This document shows positions 47,385-57,401 of a DNA stretch of 64,000 nt, piece by piece (the stretch's first letter is position 1; each line of letters opens with the position of its first letter). Origin of the DNA: Myxococcota bacterium (GTDB lineage: Bacteria; Myxococcota_A; UBA796; CAJQPC01); contig JAZAMN010000002.1 in assembly GCA_036229005.1 (NCBI GenBank), positions 41,555-105,554 on the forward strand. The letters are read 5' to 3'. Both the position numbers and the translations under genes were made by a program. Below the pieces are notes generated by a model. That model saw nothing but the letters and a program-made list of their open reading frames with translations. It searched no databases and was not told the DNA's origin.

Positions 47385-50381
47385 TCAGATGCCCCAGTCC
47401 AGGGAGAGGGAGACCTTGGTACCCTTCTGGATGGACTCGATCTCGTTGTCGCCCTGGGTGACGCGCGCGGGGGAGTTCAGCAGGTTCTGGCCCTTGACCT
47501 TGACCGAGAAGCCCTTGGGGAGCTGCTTGCTGGCGACCAGGTCCAGGGTGTGCACCGGCTGGAGCATGGTGTCGGGGATGCCCAGCGCGCCGACCTCCTG
47601 GATGCGCGGCCCGGCGACGTTGTAGAGCGCGGTCACCGTGAGCCCGGAGTCGGGGTTGTCGTAGCCGGCCTGGACGTTGAACACCCAGGGCGCCTGGCCC
47701 TGGAGGGGGCGCTCGGAGGAGGTCTGGATCCCGCTGCCTTCGGCCAGGACCACGCGGCTGCGGATGAGGCTGAGGTTGCCGGCGACGAAGAAGTCGGGGG
47801 CGGGCGGCAGGTTCTTGCGGCCCTCCAGCTCCAGGCCCAGGTTGTTGGCGGACTCCGCGTTGGCGAAGGTCACGGGGTTGCCGCCGGAGGGCACGATCAC
47901 CATCTCGATGGGCGAGATGAAGCGCTTGTAGAAGAGCCCCACGGAGACGCTCTCGCCCGCGCTGGGGTACCACTCCCAGCGGCCGTCCAGGTTGTGGAGG
48001 ATGGCCCGCTGCAGATCGGGGTTGCCGTAGACCGCGCGGCCACCGGTGACGTCGAAGAAGGTGGCCGGCGACTGCTCGCGGAAGTCCGGGCGGGAGACCG
48101 TGCGGCCATAGGCGGCGCGGAGCTGCATGTCCTCGCGCAGGCTGTAGGCCACGTTGCCGCTGGGCAGGAAGTCGGTGTTGTCGATGCTGGCGACGATGGG
48201 GGTGGCGTCGGGGTCGAAGCGCGCGTAGGTGACGACCTCCTGGGCGCTGTGCTCCACCCGGAAGCCGGCCATTCCGCGCCAGGGACCGTGGCCGCCGGAG
48301 ACCATCAGGAAGCCGGCCTGCTGACGCTGCTGGGCCAGGTAGTTGTCCGTGGACTGGGTGTTGTCCTGGAGCTGGAAGCCGTCGGGGCGGATGGTCTCGG
48401 GGGTGAAGTACCCGGAGCTGTCCCCGGCCAGGGTCGCGTCGATGGTGGGGTCGCTGGCGGAGAATTTGTCGAAGTAGCGGTAGCGCCGGGTGTCCACCTG
48501 CCGGTCCCGCATGCGCGCGCTGCCGCCCACCTTGATCGCGCCGTCCATCCAAGGCACCGGCCGGGTGACGCCCACGCCCATGTCGTGGTTGTCCTCGCGC
48601 AGCTCGGAGAAGAGGATGCCGTTGCCGAAGGAGCGGGTGGACAGGGTCCAGGTGTCCGAGCCCTCCTGGTACTCGTCGGTCCAGTGGCGGCGGTCGGGCT
48701 CCACGCGGGTGGCCAGGCTGTATGCGTAGCGCCAGTCGACCTCCAGCCCGCCCAGGGCCTGGGTCTGGTGGACGCCGCTGACCTGGTTGAAGAGGAGCTG
48801 GCGCTCGATCCAGCGGATGCGCCCCTCCCGGATGATGGCGTTCTCGTCGCGAGCGAAGCCCTCGTAGGTGCGCGACTCGTAGGAGGTGTCGCGGTTGATG
48901 AGCGAGACCACCGCGATGGAGTGGGCCTCCCCGAGCTGGACGCCGCCGGCCGCCATGGCCCCCAGCCCGATGCTGCGCTCGGTCGACTGGAAGCGGTAGT
49001 TGGAGCTCTCCTCCATGCCGTCGCCGGAGAGCACGTACCAGGTGCGCTCGAAGTCCAGGCGCTGCCAGCTCTGGCCGTAGTTCACGCCCAGGCGGAAGCC
49101 GGCGCTGCGGTCCTGGCCCCAGCTCGTCCCCCACCCCGCGCCGACGTCGACGCCGAAGTCCATGGGGATCTGGGTCTCCTCCAGGTACCAGCGGTTGGGG
49201 AGAGACTCGCCAAAGGCCTCGAGCTCCTCGGCGCTGTAGCCCTCGGAGAACATGTCCCCCAGCACCAGCGCGTTGTCCCGGGACGCGGCGTCCAGCTCGG
49301 CGGGGAGAGCCCGGTAGCTCGCCCCCATGCCCAGCCAGTCGGTGGGGCCGGTGTCCCCGATGAGCCCGGTCTGGAAGGAGGTGCCGTGGCGGTAGCCGCC
49401 GGAGACGCCCACCTCGAAGAAGGGCTCAGAGGGAGCCATTCGGGCCTGAAGCTGCACCACACCCCCACCGAACTCAGCGGGCTGGTCGGGCGACATGGTC
49501 TTCTGGATCGTGACGGAGTCGAGGACACTGGAGGGGAAGAGATCCAGGGGCACCACGCGCCGCTCGGGCTCCGGCGAGGGCAGGCTGGAGCCGTTCAGGG
49601 TGGTCGCGGAGTAGCGGTCGCCCAGACCGCGCACGTAGACGTAGCGGCCGCCCACCACGGTCAGGCCGGTGACGCGGGACAGGGCGGAGGCGGCGTTGGA
49701 GTCACCGGAGCGGGACATCTCCTCGGCGCCCAGCACCTCGGTGACGGTGTCGGCCTCCTTGCGCTCCTCCAGCAGGGCCGCGGTGCCGCCTTCGACCCGG
49801 GGGGCCAGGACCACGAAGTCTTCGCCCTTCACGCCGGCGGGCACCATCTCCAGGGCCACGCTCTGCTCCTGCTCGGAGGCGATCTGGACGGTGGTGGACA
49901 GGCTGGAGTAGCCCCCCAGGATGATGCTGAGCTCCAGCTCTCCGGGGGGGAGGTCCATGGCGAAGGCGCCGGAGGCGTCCGTGATGCCCTCGACGTCGAG
50001 CCCCCGCACATAGATCCGAGCTCCCGCCAGGGGGCGGCCGTCCTCCGCGTTGTGGAGCGTTCCGAGCAGCCGCCCGGGGGGCCCCGTGACCGCTATCTCC
50101 ACCTGCTCGGGGGGCGCCTCGATGGCGACGCCCTGCCCCAGGGTGACCAGGAGCTCGGTGGCCTGGCCGTCGACCACGCGGAAGGTCCAGGCCTCCTCTC
50201 CGATCACCAGGGTGTGCTCGCCCTCGGGGAGGGTGGCCACGAAGCCGCCGTCCTCATCCGCGGTCACGACGTGGTCACCGACGACCAGCATCGCGCCGGC
50301 CGCGGGCAGGCCCGTGTCCCGGAAGACCACACCCTCGACCTGGCCATCGGCCCACGCCAGGGCGCTCAACCACCACCACAT
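47385..50381 (-). CDS. TonB-dependent receptor with N-terminal carboxypeptidase-like domains
   Basis: Plug RVTG..YVYVRGLGDRYS..LPSPEP..VPLDLFP; barrel SRPDFRE, GNPDL, R.LQGQ. Confidence 0.9.
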   Translation of the reverse strand: MWWWLSALAWADGQVEGVVFRDTGLPAAGAMLVVGDHVVTADEDGGFVATLPEGEHTLVIGEEAWTFRVVDGQATELLVTLGQGVAIEAPPEQVEIAVTGPPGRLLGTLHNAEDGRPLAGARIYVRGLDVEGITDASGAFAMDLPPGELELSIILGGYSSLSTTVQIASEQEQSVALEMVPAGVKGEDFVVLAPRVEGGTAALLEERKEADTVTEVLGAEEMSRSGDSNAASALSRVTGLTVVGGRYVYVRGLGDRYSATTLNGSSLPSPEPERRVVPLDLFPSSVLDSVTIQKTMSPDQPAEFGGGVVQLQARMAPSEPFFEVGVSGGYRHGTSFQTGLIGDTGPTDWLGMGASYRALPAELDAASRDNALVLGDMFSEGYSAEELEAFGESLPNRWYLEETQIPMDFGVDVGAGWGTSWGQDRSAGFRLGVNYGQSWQRLDFERTWYVLSGDGMEESSNYRFQSTERSIGLGAMAAGGVQLGEAHSIAVVSLINRDTSYESRTYEGFARDENAIIREGRIRWIERQLLFNQVSGVHQTQALGGLEVDWRYAYSLATRVEPDRRHWTDEYQEGSDTWTLSTRSFGNGILFSELREDNHDMGVGVTRPVPWMDGAIKVGGSARMRDRQVDTRRYRYFDKFSASDPTIDATLAGDSSGYFTPETIRPDGFQLQDNTQSTDNYLAQQRQQAGFLMVSGGHGPWRGMAGFRVEHSAQEVVTYARFDPDATPIVASIDNTDFLPSGNVAYSLREDMQLRAAYGRTVSRPDFREQSPATFFDVTGGRAVYGNPDLQRAILHNLDGRWEWYPSAGESVSVGLFYKRFISPIEMVIVPSGGNPVTFANAESANNLGLELEGRKNLPPAPDFFVAGNLSLIRSRVVLAEGSGIQTSSERPLQGQAPWVFNVQAGYDNPDSGLTVTALYNVAGPRIQEVGALGIPDTMLQPVHTLDLVASKQLPKGFSVKVKGQNLLNSPARVTQGDNEIESIQKGTKVSLSLDWGI

Positions 50382-51466
50382 CACAGGCAGCCTCCGGCGT
50401 CCCGGCAGCGGTCCATGGCGCTGCGGAGCGCGTTCGCGCGGGCAAAGACGACCGGGTCCGCGATGCCCTTGAGCAGGGACTCCGCGGCGTCCAGATCGCC
50501 AGACTTGAAGCGGGCGTAGGCCAGGCCGTAGCGCACCTCGTCCTCGCTGAGCAGGCCCAGGCGGGACAGGCGAGAGTGCAGGGCGGAAGCGCGCTCCCAC
50601 TCTTCGAGCTCAAGCAGCAGGCCCAGGCGCTGGCGGGCCGCGTCGGTGGCGTCGGGCACCCGAGCGTTGAGCATCAGGGCGCGCTCGCTGTTGCCGGCCT
50701 GGCGGAAGCACTCGGCGGCCTCCAGGGCCAGCGCCGGGTTGTCCTCGACTGCGCGCTGGAGCAGAGAGCCAGCGGTGAGGGGCATGTCCTGGGAGAGGTA
50801 CAGACGCGCGGCGTGTACGACCAGATCCACCTCCTCCGGGTGAAGGAGCATGGCCTGCTCCAGGACGATGAGCGCTTGCTCGGTCTGGCCGGCCCGGTGC
50901 ATGGCCTCGGCGACCACCACCTGGGTCTGGACGGAGAGGCCGCGCTCCTGTTGGATCCTGGCGCCCAGGGCGCGGGCCTCCTGGTAGAGGCCGAGTTCAA
51001 CCAGCACCAGCACGCGCTGCTCGTCGTAGAGGGCCTCGCCGGGGTAGCGCGCGGTGGCGGCCTCCAGGACCTCCCAGGCGCCGACCAGGTCGGGGGGCTC
51101 CTGGCTGGCCAGGGAGTGGGCCAGGTGCGCGTGCAGGCGGGGCTCGTCGGCGCCGGCGTCGATGGCGGCGCGCAGGTGGATGACGGCCTCGCTGTGGGCC
51201 CGCTCGTGCATGGCGACCAGGGCCATCAGGGTGTGGTAGCGCGCGGCGTCCAGCTCGGGGTGCTGGGTGTCGACCTCGGCGAGGGCCAGCTTGGCGCGGT
51301 CCCAGTGGCCGTCCCCGATGAGCATGGAGGCCAGGGAGAGCTGCTCGGCGGGGAGGACCTCGACGGCCTCTGGGTCCACCGCCTTGCGATCGGAGCGCAC
51401 GCCAGGGCCAGACCACGCCAGGGTGGAGCCGAGGAACACCGCGAGCAGAGGCAACCAGCGGGTCAT
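50381..51466 (-). CDS. TPR protein (TtpD-like)
   Basis: Signal peptide, TPR helices; follows tonB with ATGA overlap. Confidence 0.75.
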   Translation of the reverse strand: MTRWLPLLAVFLGSTLAWSGPGVRSDRKAVDPEAVEVLPAEQLSLASMLIGDGHWDRAKLALAEVDTQHPELDAARYHTLMALVAMHERAHSEAVIHLRAAIDAGADEPRLHAHLAHSLASQEPPDLVGAWEVLEAATARYPGEALYDEQRVLVLVELGLYQEARALGARIQQERGLSVQTQVVVAEAMHRAGQTEQALIVLEQAMLLHPEEVDLVVHAARLYLSQDMPLTAGSLLQRAVEDNPALALEAAECFRQAGNSERALMLNARVPDATDAARQRLGLLLELEEWERASALHSRLSRLGLLSEDEVRYGLAYARFKSGDLDAAESLLKGIADPVVFARANALRSAMDRCRDAGGCL

Positions 51467-52077
51467 TGGAGCCGGAAGTGCAGGGTCTGCTGCATGCGGG
51501 TGGCGACGGGCAGGCCCTCGTAGGTCGCGGGCTCGAAGCGCCACTGGGCGACGGCCTCCTTGGCGGCCTGCTCGAACACGCCGCTGGGCTGGGCGTCCAG
51601 GATGCGCAGCTCCTCGACCGAGCCGTCCTGCGAGACCCGCAGGGAGAGCGTCACGTAGCCCTCGATGTTCTTGGAGCGGGCGCGCTGGGGGTAGCTGGGC
51701 TGGGCCTGGGCCACCGGGATGGGCGCGGAGTCCACGGTCTCCTGGGTCATCACCACGTCGGAGGCGTCGCCGAGCAGGCCCTCGGTGAGCTCGCCCATGG
51801 CGGGACCGGGGAGGCCCAGATCCAGGCCGGACAGGCCGGCGCCCAGGTTGGGCAGAGGCGCGCGGGCGCTGGGCGTGGACTTCTTGGGGCGGGCCTTGCG
51901 GGGGCGCTCCTTCTTCTTGGGGGGCGGCGGCTTGGGGGCCGCGTCCAGAGCGATGGCGGGCTTCTCCTGGACCGGCGGCGGGGCGACGGCGTTCAGGTTC
52001 AGGCCGACCAGCAGCGAGAAGACCCCGGTGCTGCCCGCGAGCATGGTCGCGGCGGCGATCAGCGGCTTGGGAAACAT
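51463..52077 (-). CDS. tonB: Energy transducer TonB
   Basis: N-terminal TM, Pro/Lys linker, YP.RA...EG.V, W.FEPA. Confidence 0.9.
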   Translation of the reverse strand: MFPKPLIAAATMLAGSTGVFSLLVGLNLNAVAPPPVQEKPAIALDAAPKPPPPKKKERPRKARPKKSTPSARAPLPNLGAGLSGLDLGLPGPAMGELTEGLLGDASDVVMTQETVDSAPIPVAQAQPSYPQRARSKNIEGYVTLSLRVSQDGSVEELRILDAQPSGVFEQAAKEAVAQWRFEPATYEGLPVATRMQQTLHFRLQ

Positions 52078-52481
52078 CAACCCTCCTCGGCGTCGGTGAT
52101 GACGCCCACGTTCTCAGCGCCGGCGAGCCGGCAGCGGTCCACGACCTCGATCAAGGTCTGCGCGGACACGGAGCGGTCGGTCACGACCACCACCGCCGGC
52201 TCGGCCTGGCCGGAGAGCATCTCGCGCATGCGCGACTCCAGCATCCAGGGCTTCACCGGGACCTCATCCACGTAGATGTTCTCGCCCGCGTCCACGTAGA
52301 CCCGGACGGCCTTGGTGGAGGCCGGGCTGCTGGAGCGCGCGCTGGGCCGCTCCAGGTCCAGCTTCATGTCCTTGACGAAGGTCGTCGTGACCATGAAGAA
52401 GATGAGCAGGATGAAGACCACGTCGATCAGCGGGCTGATGTCGATGTCGCGGTCCTGCTGGCGCTTGCGGCGGAGCTTCAC
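52077..52481 (-). CDS. exbD: ExbD
   Basis: ISPLIDVVFILLIFFMVTT. Confidence 0.9.
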   Translation of the reverse strand: MKLRRKRQQDRDIDISPLIDVVFILLIFFMVTTTFVKDMKLDLERPSARSSSPASTKAVRVYVDAGENIYVDEVPVKPWMLESRMREMLSGQAEPAVVVVTDRSVSAQTLIEVVDRCRLAGAENVGVITDAEEG

Positions 52482-53074
52482 GCGGCCTCCTCGTGGCCGA
52501 AGCGCGCGGAGAGCAGCTCTTCGACCTCGTCGATCTCGACCTCCAGGCGCTCCTGCTTCATGGCGAGCAGGCGCCCGGCGATCACACCGGGGACGGCCAC
52601 GACCAGCCCGGCTTGGGTGCTGACCAGGGCCTGGGACACGCCGCCGGCGATGCCACCGGAGCGCGAGAACAGGGTCATCGTCGCCAGAAAGTCGAAGGTC
52701 TCGATCATGCCGGTGACGGTGCCCAGCAGGCCGGCCAAGGGGGCCACGCCGACCAGGATGGCGATGGTTCGGGAGCCGCGGGAGAGCTCCTCGCGCAGCC
52801 CCTGGATCATCCACTGCACGCGGGGGCGGACCTGGGCGGGGTGGGCCTTGGCGAGGGCGACCCCCTCCACCAGCGCGCCATCGACCACCCCGCTGGGCTC
52901 AAGGGAGCCGGCTTCGGCCTGGACAAGCAGGCTGCGCAGCGTGCCCGAGCTCCCCCGCCGCAGCCGCGCAAAGCGCATCCCCAGCGTCCACCACAGCACG
53001 AGCGTGGCGACGGCCAGAGGGGGCATGACGAAGCCGCCAGCCCGCCAGGTCTCCAGGGCGGACTCAAGAAGCAA
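52478..53074 (-). CDS. exbB: ExbB/MotA/TolQ proton channel
   Basis: APLAGLLGTVTGMIETF, GVSQALVSTQAGL. Confidence 0.9.
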   Translation of the reverse strand: MLLESALETWRAGGFVMPPLAVATLVLWWTLGMRFARLRRGSSGTLRSLLVQAEAGSLEPSGVVDGALVEGVALAKAHPAQVRPRVQWMIQGLREELSRGSRTIAILVGVAPLAGLLGTVTGMIETFDFLATMTLFSRSGGIAGGVSQALVSTQAGLVVAVPGVIAGRLLAMKQERLEVEIDEVEELLSARFGHEEAA

Positions 53075-54365
53075 GGCGCCCCTCCTTGGAGTCGACGGCG
53101 TTGACCATCGCCAGGGCGGCCTGGTCCAGCGCGGAGAGCACGGCCTCGGTCTTGCCGCCGATGGCGTTGCCGAGCAGCACCGCGGGGATGGCGACCACCA
53201 GGCCGAGCTGGGTGGTGATCAGCGCGGTGGAGATGCCCCCGGAGAGCATCTTGGGGTCGCCCGTGCCGAACTCCGTGATGATGTCGAAGGTGGCGATCAT
53301 GCCGGTCACCGTGCCGAGCAGCCCCAGCAGCGGAGCGACCGCGGCGATGACGAGGATGGCGGGGCCCATGCGCTCCAGCCGGGGGGTCTCGCGGAGCACC
53401 GCCTCGCTGGCCAGGTCTTCGATCTGGGCGCGCTGCAGGCCGCGTGCGGCGAGGACCGCCTGGGCCACCCGACCAGCGGCGTTGTCGGCCTGCGCGGCCT
53501 TGAGGGCCCCCGCGAGGTCCCCGCCGTCCAGGGCCTTGCAGACCGCGTCGGAGAGCGTGGTGGGGTCGCCGGCGCTGCGCAGGAGCAGCAGGCGCAGGCC
53601 CGCGATCAGGAAGGCCACGACGCCCAGGCCCATGATGATCCAGCCGACGATGCCGCCGCCCTCCATCACCTGGCCGAAGGTCTTGGCGGGCTGCTCGGTG
53701 ATGCGCTTGGCCAGGCTCTCGTACAGGAAGATGGGCAGGGTCTGGGGGACCTCGCCGGCGCCGAAGGACTGGGCTGCGCCGCTGGCGTCCTGGGGCCAGA
53801 GCTGCAGCCTGTCCTCGCCTGCGGGCGCGAGCGCTCCAGATTGGGGACCGGCCACCCCGTAGGAGGCGATGTTCCCCACCCTGACGAGCTGCCCCTGAAC
53901 CTCCTCACCCCCCTTGTCGAACCAGGCGCCAGACTCCACGCGGACCTGGCCGCCCTGCTCGATCCGGACCGCGGCGGCGCTGAAGACCGCGCGCAGGGCC
54001 TCGGCTTCGGCCTCGGCGCCCTCCACCTCCTCGGGGAGCTCCACGCCCTCCAGGCTGGTGCGGGCCTGCATGAGCAGCGCGCCAACGCGGTCGGCGTCCT
54101 CTTCGGCGGAGAAGGACTCGCGCTCGGCCTGGGAGAGCTGCTCTTCGGCCTTGTCGGCCTGCAGCGTCATGTAGATCAGCCGGCCCTGGAGGGACTCGGT
54201 CTGGGACTCCGCGGCCTTGCGCTCCTTGGCGGCGCTGGCCTCGAACTCGGTGGTGGCCTTCTGCAGGGACTGCTTCTCGGCCTTGAGGTAGGCGAACTCC
54301 TTCTGGTACGCGGCGTCGAGCTCCGCGCCGAAGGAGAGGCTGGCGAGCAGGGAGAGCAGCGACAT
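53064..54365 (-). CDS. TtpC-like long ExbB paralogue
   Basis: Signal plus coiled coil, VRVG; C-terminal APLLGLLGTVTGMI..GISTALITTQLGL. Confidence 0.85.
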   Translation of the reverse strand: MSLLSLLASLSFGAELDAAYQKEFAYLKAEKQSLQKATTEFEASAAKERKAAESQTESLQGRLIYMTLQADKAEEQLSQAERESFSAEEDADRVGALLMQARTSLEGVELPEEVEGAEAEAEALRAVFSAAAVRIEQGGQVRVESGAWFDKGGEEVQGQLVRVGNIASYGVAGPQSGALAPAGEDRLQLWPQDASGAAQSFGAGEVPQTLPIFLYESLAKRITEQPAKTFGQVMEGGGIVGWIIMGLGVVAFLIAGLRLLLLRSAGDPTTLSDAVCKALDGGDLAGALKAAQADNAAGRVAQAVLAARGLQRAQIEDLASEAVLRETPRLERMGPAILVIAAVAPLLGLLGTVTGMIATFDIITEFGTGDPKMLSGGISTALITTQLGLVVAIPAVLLGNAIGGKTEAVLSALDQAALAMVNAVDSKEGRLAS

Positions 54366-55156
54366 CACTTCACCACCACGGCGGCAGGGTCGATGGCGGC
54401 GGGAAGCTCGAAGAAGCCCACGCGGATCTGCTTCTCCAGGGCGTCGAAGAGCTCGAGCACCTGCTGCTGGGAGACGCCGTCGCTGTAGGGCTCGTAGGTC
54501 CAGCCTTGGCCGCTGCGCACGGCCCGACCGACCACGCCGTCGTCGGTCTTGAAGTACAGGGAGACCATGCCCAGGCGGGCGACATCGCAGAGGACCTCTT
54601 CGCCGTCCAGGGTGATGACCATGCGGTCCAGGGCGTTCTCCTTGGAGAGCCGCAGCTCGTCTTCGGAGAAGGCCCACAGCCGCTGGGCGGCCTCGCGGGG
54701 GGTCAGGGTCTTGCCGTCCAGGCCGGCCTGGATGGCGTCGAGCTCGGCCAGGCGCTCGTCCAGGCGGAAGGGCAGGCTGCCCTCCACGGAGCCCCGGATG
54801 GTGGCGATCGACTCGGTCACCGCGGGGGTCAGAGCCTGGCCCTCGGCGATGATCTCGGCGCGCAGTGCCTTCTCGGTGTCCAGGGCTTGCTCGAGCTGGG
54901 AGCGTCGGAGCTCCTGCTGCCGGAGCTGCACCTGGAGCTCAGCCTTCTGCTGATCCAGAGCCCGGAGGTCTCCCCGCAGGGCCTCCTTCTTGAGGCCGAG
55001 CTCGGTGGAGAGGGTCTCCACTTCGCGGCGCAGCTCCGAGAGCTGCTCGGCCATGGTGTCCAGGCTGGCGCCCTGTGCCACCGGGGCCAGGGCCATGAGC
55101 AGGACGAGGGCAGCGCCGAAACGCCACCCCCTCCTGCCGTGCATCCGTTGGGGCAT
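54365..55156 (-). CDS. DUF3450 (TtpB-like) periplasmic coiled-coil protein
   Basis: LPFRLDERL, RLG.VSLY; GGAGG RBS before ATG 55156. Confidence 0.8.
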   Translation of the reverse strand: MPQRMHGRRGWRFGAALVLLMALAPVAQGASLDTMAEQLSELRREVETLSTELGLKKEALRGDLRALDQQKAELQVQLRQQELRRSQLEQALDTEKALRAEIIAEGQALTPAVTESIATIRGSVEGSLPFRLDERLAELDAIQAGLDGKTLTPREAAQRLWAFSEDELRLSKENALDRMVITLDGEEVLCDVARLGMVSLYFKTDDGVVGRAVRSGQGWTYEPYSDGVSQQQVLELFDALEKQIRVGFFELPAAIDPAAVVVK

Positions 55157-55192
55157 CTTGCGCCCTCCGAAGCTCGGGATCATCACGATGAA

Positions 55193-55216
55193 GGGGAGGA
55201 GGCCATCCCCCTCCCC
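55193..55216 (-). terminator. Intercistronic hairpin (terminator or mRNA stabiliser)
   Basis: Minus strand GGGGAGGGGG-ATGG-CCTCCTCCCC, a 10-bp stem with one G-U pair, just after the lipoprotein stop. Confidence 0.55.
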
Positions 55217-55224
55217 GACCGCTC

Positions 55225-56523
55225 TCAGTTCTCGGGGAAGGAGGTCCAGTCCGCGGTCCAGTCGGTGCCGTCGGTGATCGCGCCCGCGCCCTCGTAGCCA
55301 GCGGCCGGGAGGAAGTTGGGGGCGGTCAGGTTGTACCCGTCCTGCACCAGGTCACCGCTCACGAAGCTGTTGCCGCTCTGGCCCTCAAGCCAGGTGGTGA
55401 TGTCCGCGCCGTCGATCTCGTAGTCGTCGGTCTTGGCGTTTTCTTCGACGGCGGTGGTGCAGGAGGCGGTCATGTTGGTGATGGTCAGGTCACCAGACTG
55501 CGCCTGCTCCCAGGTGGCGTCGTGGTTCAGCGCGAAGCAGGCGTCGTTGAAGCCCTGGATCAGGACGTTGTCGATGCTGGCGGCGGTGCCCTCGCGGATC
55601 AGCATGCCAAAGTCGGACTTCTCCGAGTCGGGCGCGCCGATGATGGTCACGTTGCTGAGGGTGGGGTTGGAGCGGGGCTCGGCGTCGTTGTTGTCGCCGT
55701 TGTTGTCGGCCTCGATGCCGTTGTCACCGGCGCCGTCCTGCATCAGGATGACGTTGCTGGCGGAGCCGACCCAGCCGTCGGTCCAGTCCAGGCTGTCGTC
55801 GCCAACGCCGGAGATCACGACGTGGGAGGCCACCGCCGCGCCGCCAAAGAACTCGACGCCGTCGTCGTCGTTCTTGTGGACCTGGATGTAGTCGATGGTG
55901 GTGCCGGAGCCGACGCCCTGGAAGGCGATTCCGTTCAGCTCGTTCTCGGGAGAGATCAGGGTGCCGGCGAACTCGACGCGAACGTACTTGAGGGTGCCGG
56001 AGCTGTCCGCGGCGTCGTTGCCGCCGTAGTAGCCGGTGCCGCCCTCGCCGAAGGCCTCGCAGGGGTCCGGGGCGTCCTCGACGCCGTCACACACGTTCAG
56101 GGGGGCGCGGCCGTTGATGATGACGCCGCCCCAGTCACCGGAGGCGCGGGAGCCAGCGGCGTTGGAGGAGGTGAACACGATGGGTGCGTCGGCGGTGCCC
56201 TCGGCGACGATCTGAGCGCCGCGGGTGACGACCAGCATGCCGTTGGTGGAGGTCTCGCCGTAGATGGTGGTGCCCGCGTCGATGGTCAGGGTGACCGCGT
56301 CGCTGTCGTTGCCCACGTAGAAGCCGCCGCGCAGCAGCCAGGTCTTGTCGGCGGTCAGGGTCAGGTCCTCCAGCAGGGTGCCGGAGAGGACGCAGACCTC
56401 CTCGCCGTTGATCTCCGAGCACTCGGAGGCGGAGGTCGCGCCGGTGTCCTCACCGGAGTCGATGGGGTCGTCCTTGCAGGCGACGAGGGACACGAGGAGG
56501 AGGGGGAGGATTCGCTTGTTCAC
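55225..56523 (-). CDS. Beta-helix lipoprotein of the TBDR-associated (ElpS-like) family
   Basis: PIVFTS, G.WGG, SSGTLKYVRVEFAG, NELNG, DDGVEFFGG, DDSLDW; lipobox LVAC; AGGAG RBS. Confidence 0.75.
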   Translation of the reverse strand: MNKRILPLLLVSLVACKDDPIDSGEDTGATSASECSEINGEEVCVLSGTLLEDLTLTADKTWLLRGGFYVGNDSDAVTLTIDAGTTIYGETSTNGMLVVTRGAQIVAEGTADAPIVFTSSNAAGSRASGDWGGVIINGRAPLNVCDGVEDAPDPCEAFGEGGTGYYGGNDAADSSGTLKYVRVEFAGTLISPENELNGIAFQGVGSGTTIDYIQVHKNDDDGVEFFGGAAVASHVVISGVGDDSLDWTDGWVGSASNVILMQDGAGDNGIEADNNGDNNDAEPRSNPTLSNVTIIGAPDSEKSDFGMLIREGTAASIDNVLIQGFNDACFALNHDATWEQAQSGDLTITNMTASCTTAVEENAKTDDYEIDGADITTWLEGQSGNSFVSGDLVQDGYNLTAPNFLPAAGYEGAGAITDGTDWTADWTSFPEN

Positions 56524-56814
56524 GGTGCATCTCCTGAGCATTCGCTCTTGGCACCGCCACCCTAAGGTCCCCATCGTGACGCGCTCCGCACGTTGGATGG
56601 CGCCACTGCAAAAGGGATTCAGTCTCCCTCAAAGCCGCACAGCGCCGGCCTTCAGCCCCCCTTCACTGGTCCATTGTGACGGGACGCGTACGGGAGGATG
56701 GAGACCCCTTTGCACGGGCGTTGAACGGCCCACCTCCCGGCACCTCAGTTTGCCAACCCCGCTTCAGCCCTCTGGCCCAAGCGAGGTCAGGCTGCCCCCT
56801 CCATGCAGGGGGAT

Positions 56815-57243
56815 CTACTGACCGTTGCACCACTCGGCGCGCGTCTGCATCAGGTTGCCGCAGCTATCGTGGGTGCGGCCGGCGGCCTCGCACTGGGCGA
56901 TGCCCCAGTTGACCATGTCCATGATCTGGTCCTGCGCCGGGGCCCCCTCGCAGAAGCCCTCGCTGGCGGCGGACATGTCCAGGCAGCCCTGCAGGAAGAC
57001 CTGGGCCATGCCCTGACAGGTGCCCTTCTCCATCACCGAGCCGGTGCAGGCCTCGGCCCGGTTCAGGCTCTCGCTCAGGCAGGTGTCCTGGTCCGTGCCT
57101 GAGCCGAAGCTCTGGCCCTCGGCCATGGCGACCTCGCCTTGGGCCGCGAGCTCCTCGAGCTTGCCCTCCATTCCGCCGCAGCCCAAGGCCAAGGCAGTGA
57201 AAGTGGTGAGCGCGAGGGTGAGGGACAGGGAGATCTTCTTCAT
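56815..57243 (-). CDS. Cys-rich hypothetical lipoprotein
   Basis: Lipobox ALGC; eight further cysteines. Confidence 0.75.
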   Translation of the reverse strand: MKKISLSLTLALTTFTALALGCGGMEGKLEELAAQGEVAMAEGQSFGSGTDQDTCLSESLNRAEACTGSVMEKGTCQGMAQVFLQGCLDMSAASEGFCEGAPAQDQIMDMVNWGIAQCEAAGRTHDSCGNLMQTRAEWCNGQ

Positions 57244-57304
57244 TCCCTGCTTCTACCGCGTTTGTGGGGCCCCGTGCCAGCCCACCCCGCAAACTCTTAC
57301 ACCC

Positions 57305-57319
57305 TGGCACAGCCAGTGC
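57305..57319 (+). promoter_or_regulatory. Putative sigma-54 promoter
   Basis: TGGCACAGCCAGTGC with exact GG-N10-GC spacing, ~80 nt upstream of 57402. Confidence 0.45.
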
Positions 57320-57401
57320 GGGGAAAGCCCCATTGTGACTTGCCAGTGGCGGGAGCGTCGCGTATCTACGCATCCCCACCACAGATGTGAAGGAAACCCG
57401 A

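Noticed and set aside
56524..56814. Riboswitch, 6S RNA or Pho box upstream of the TonB operon
   Set aside because: Some stems (CGGGAGG/CCTCCCG) and isolated GTCAC half-sites, but no consensus I can match; a covariance search is needed
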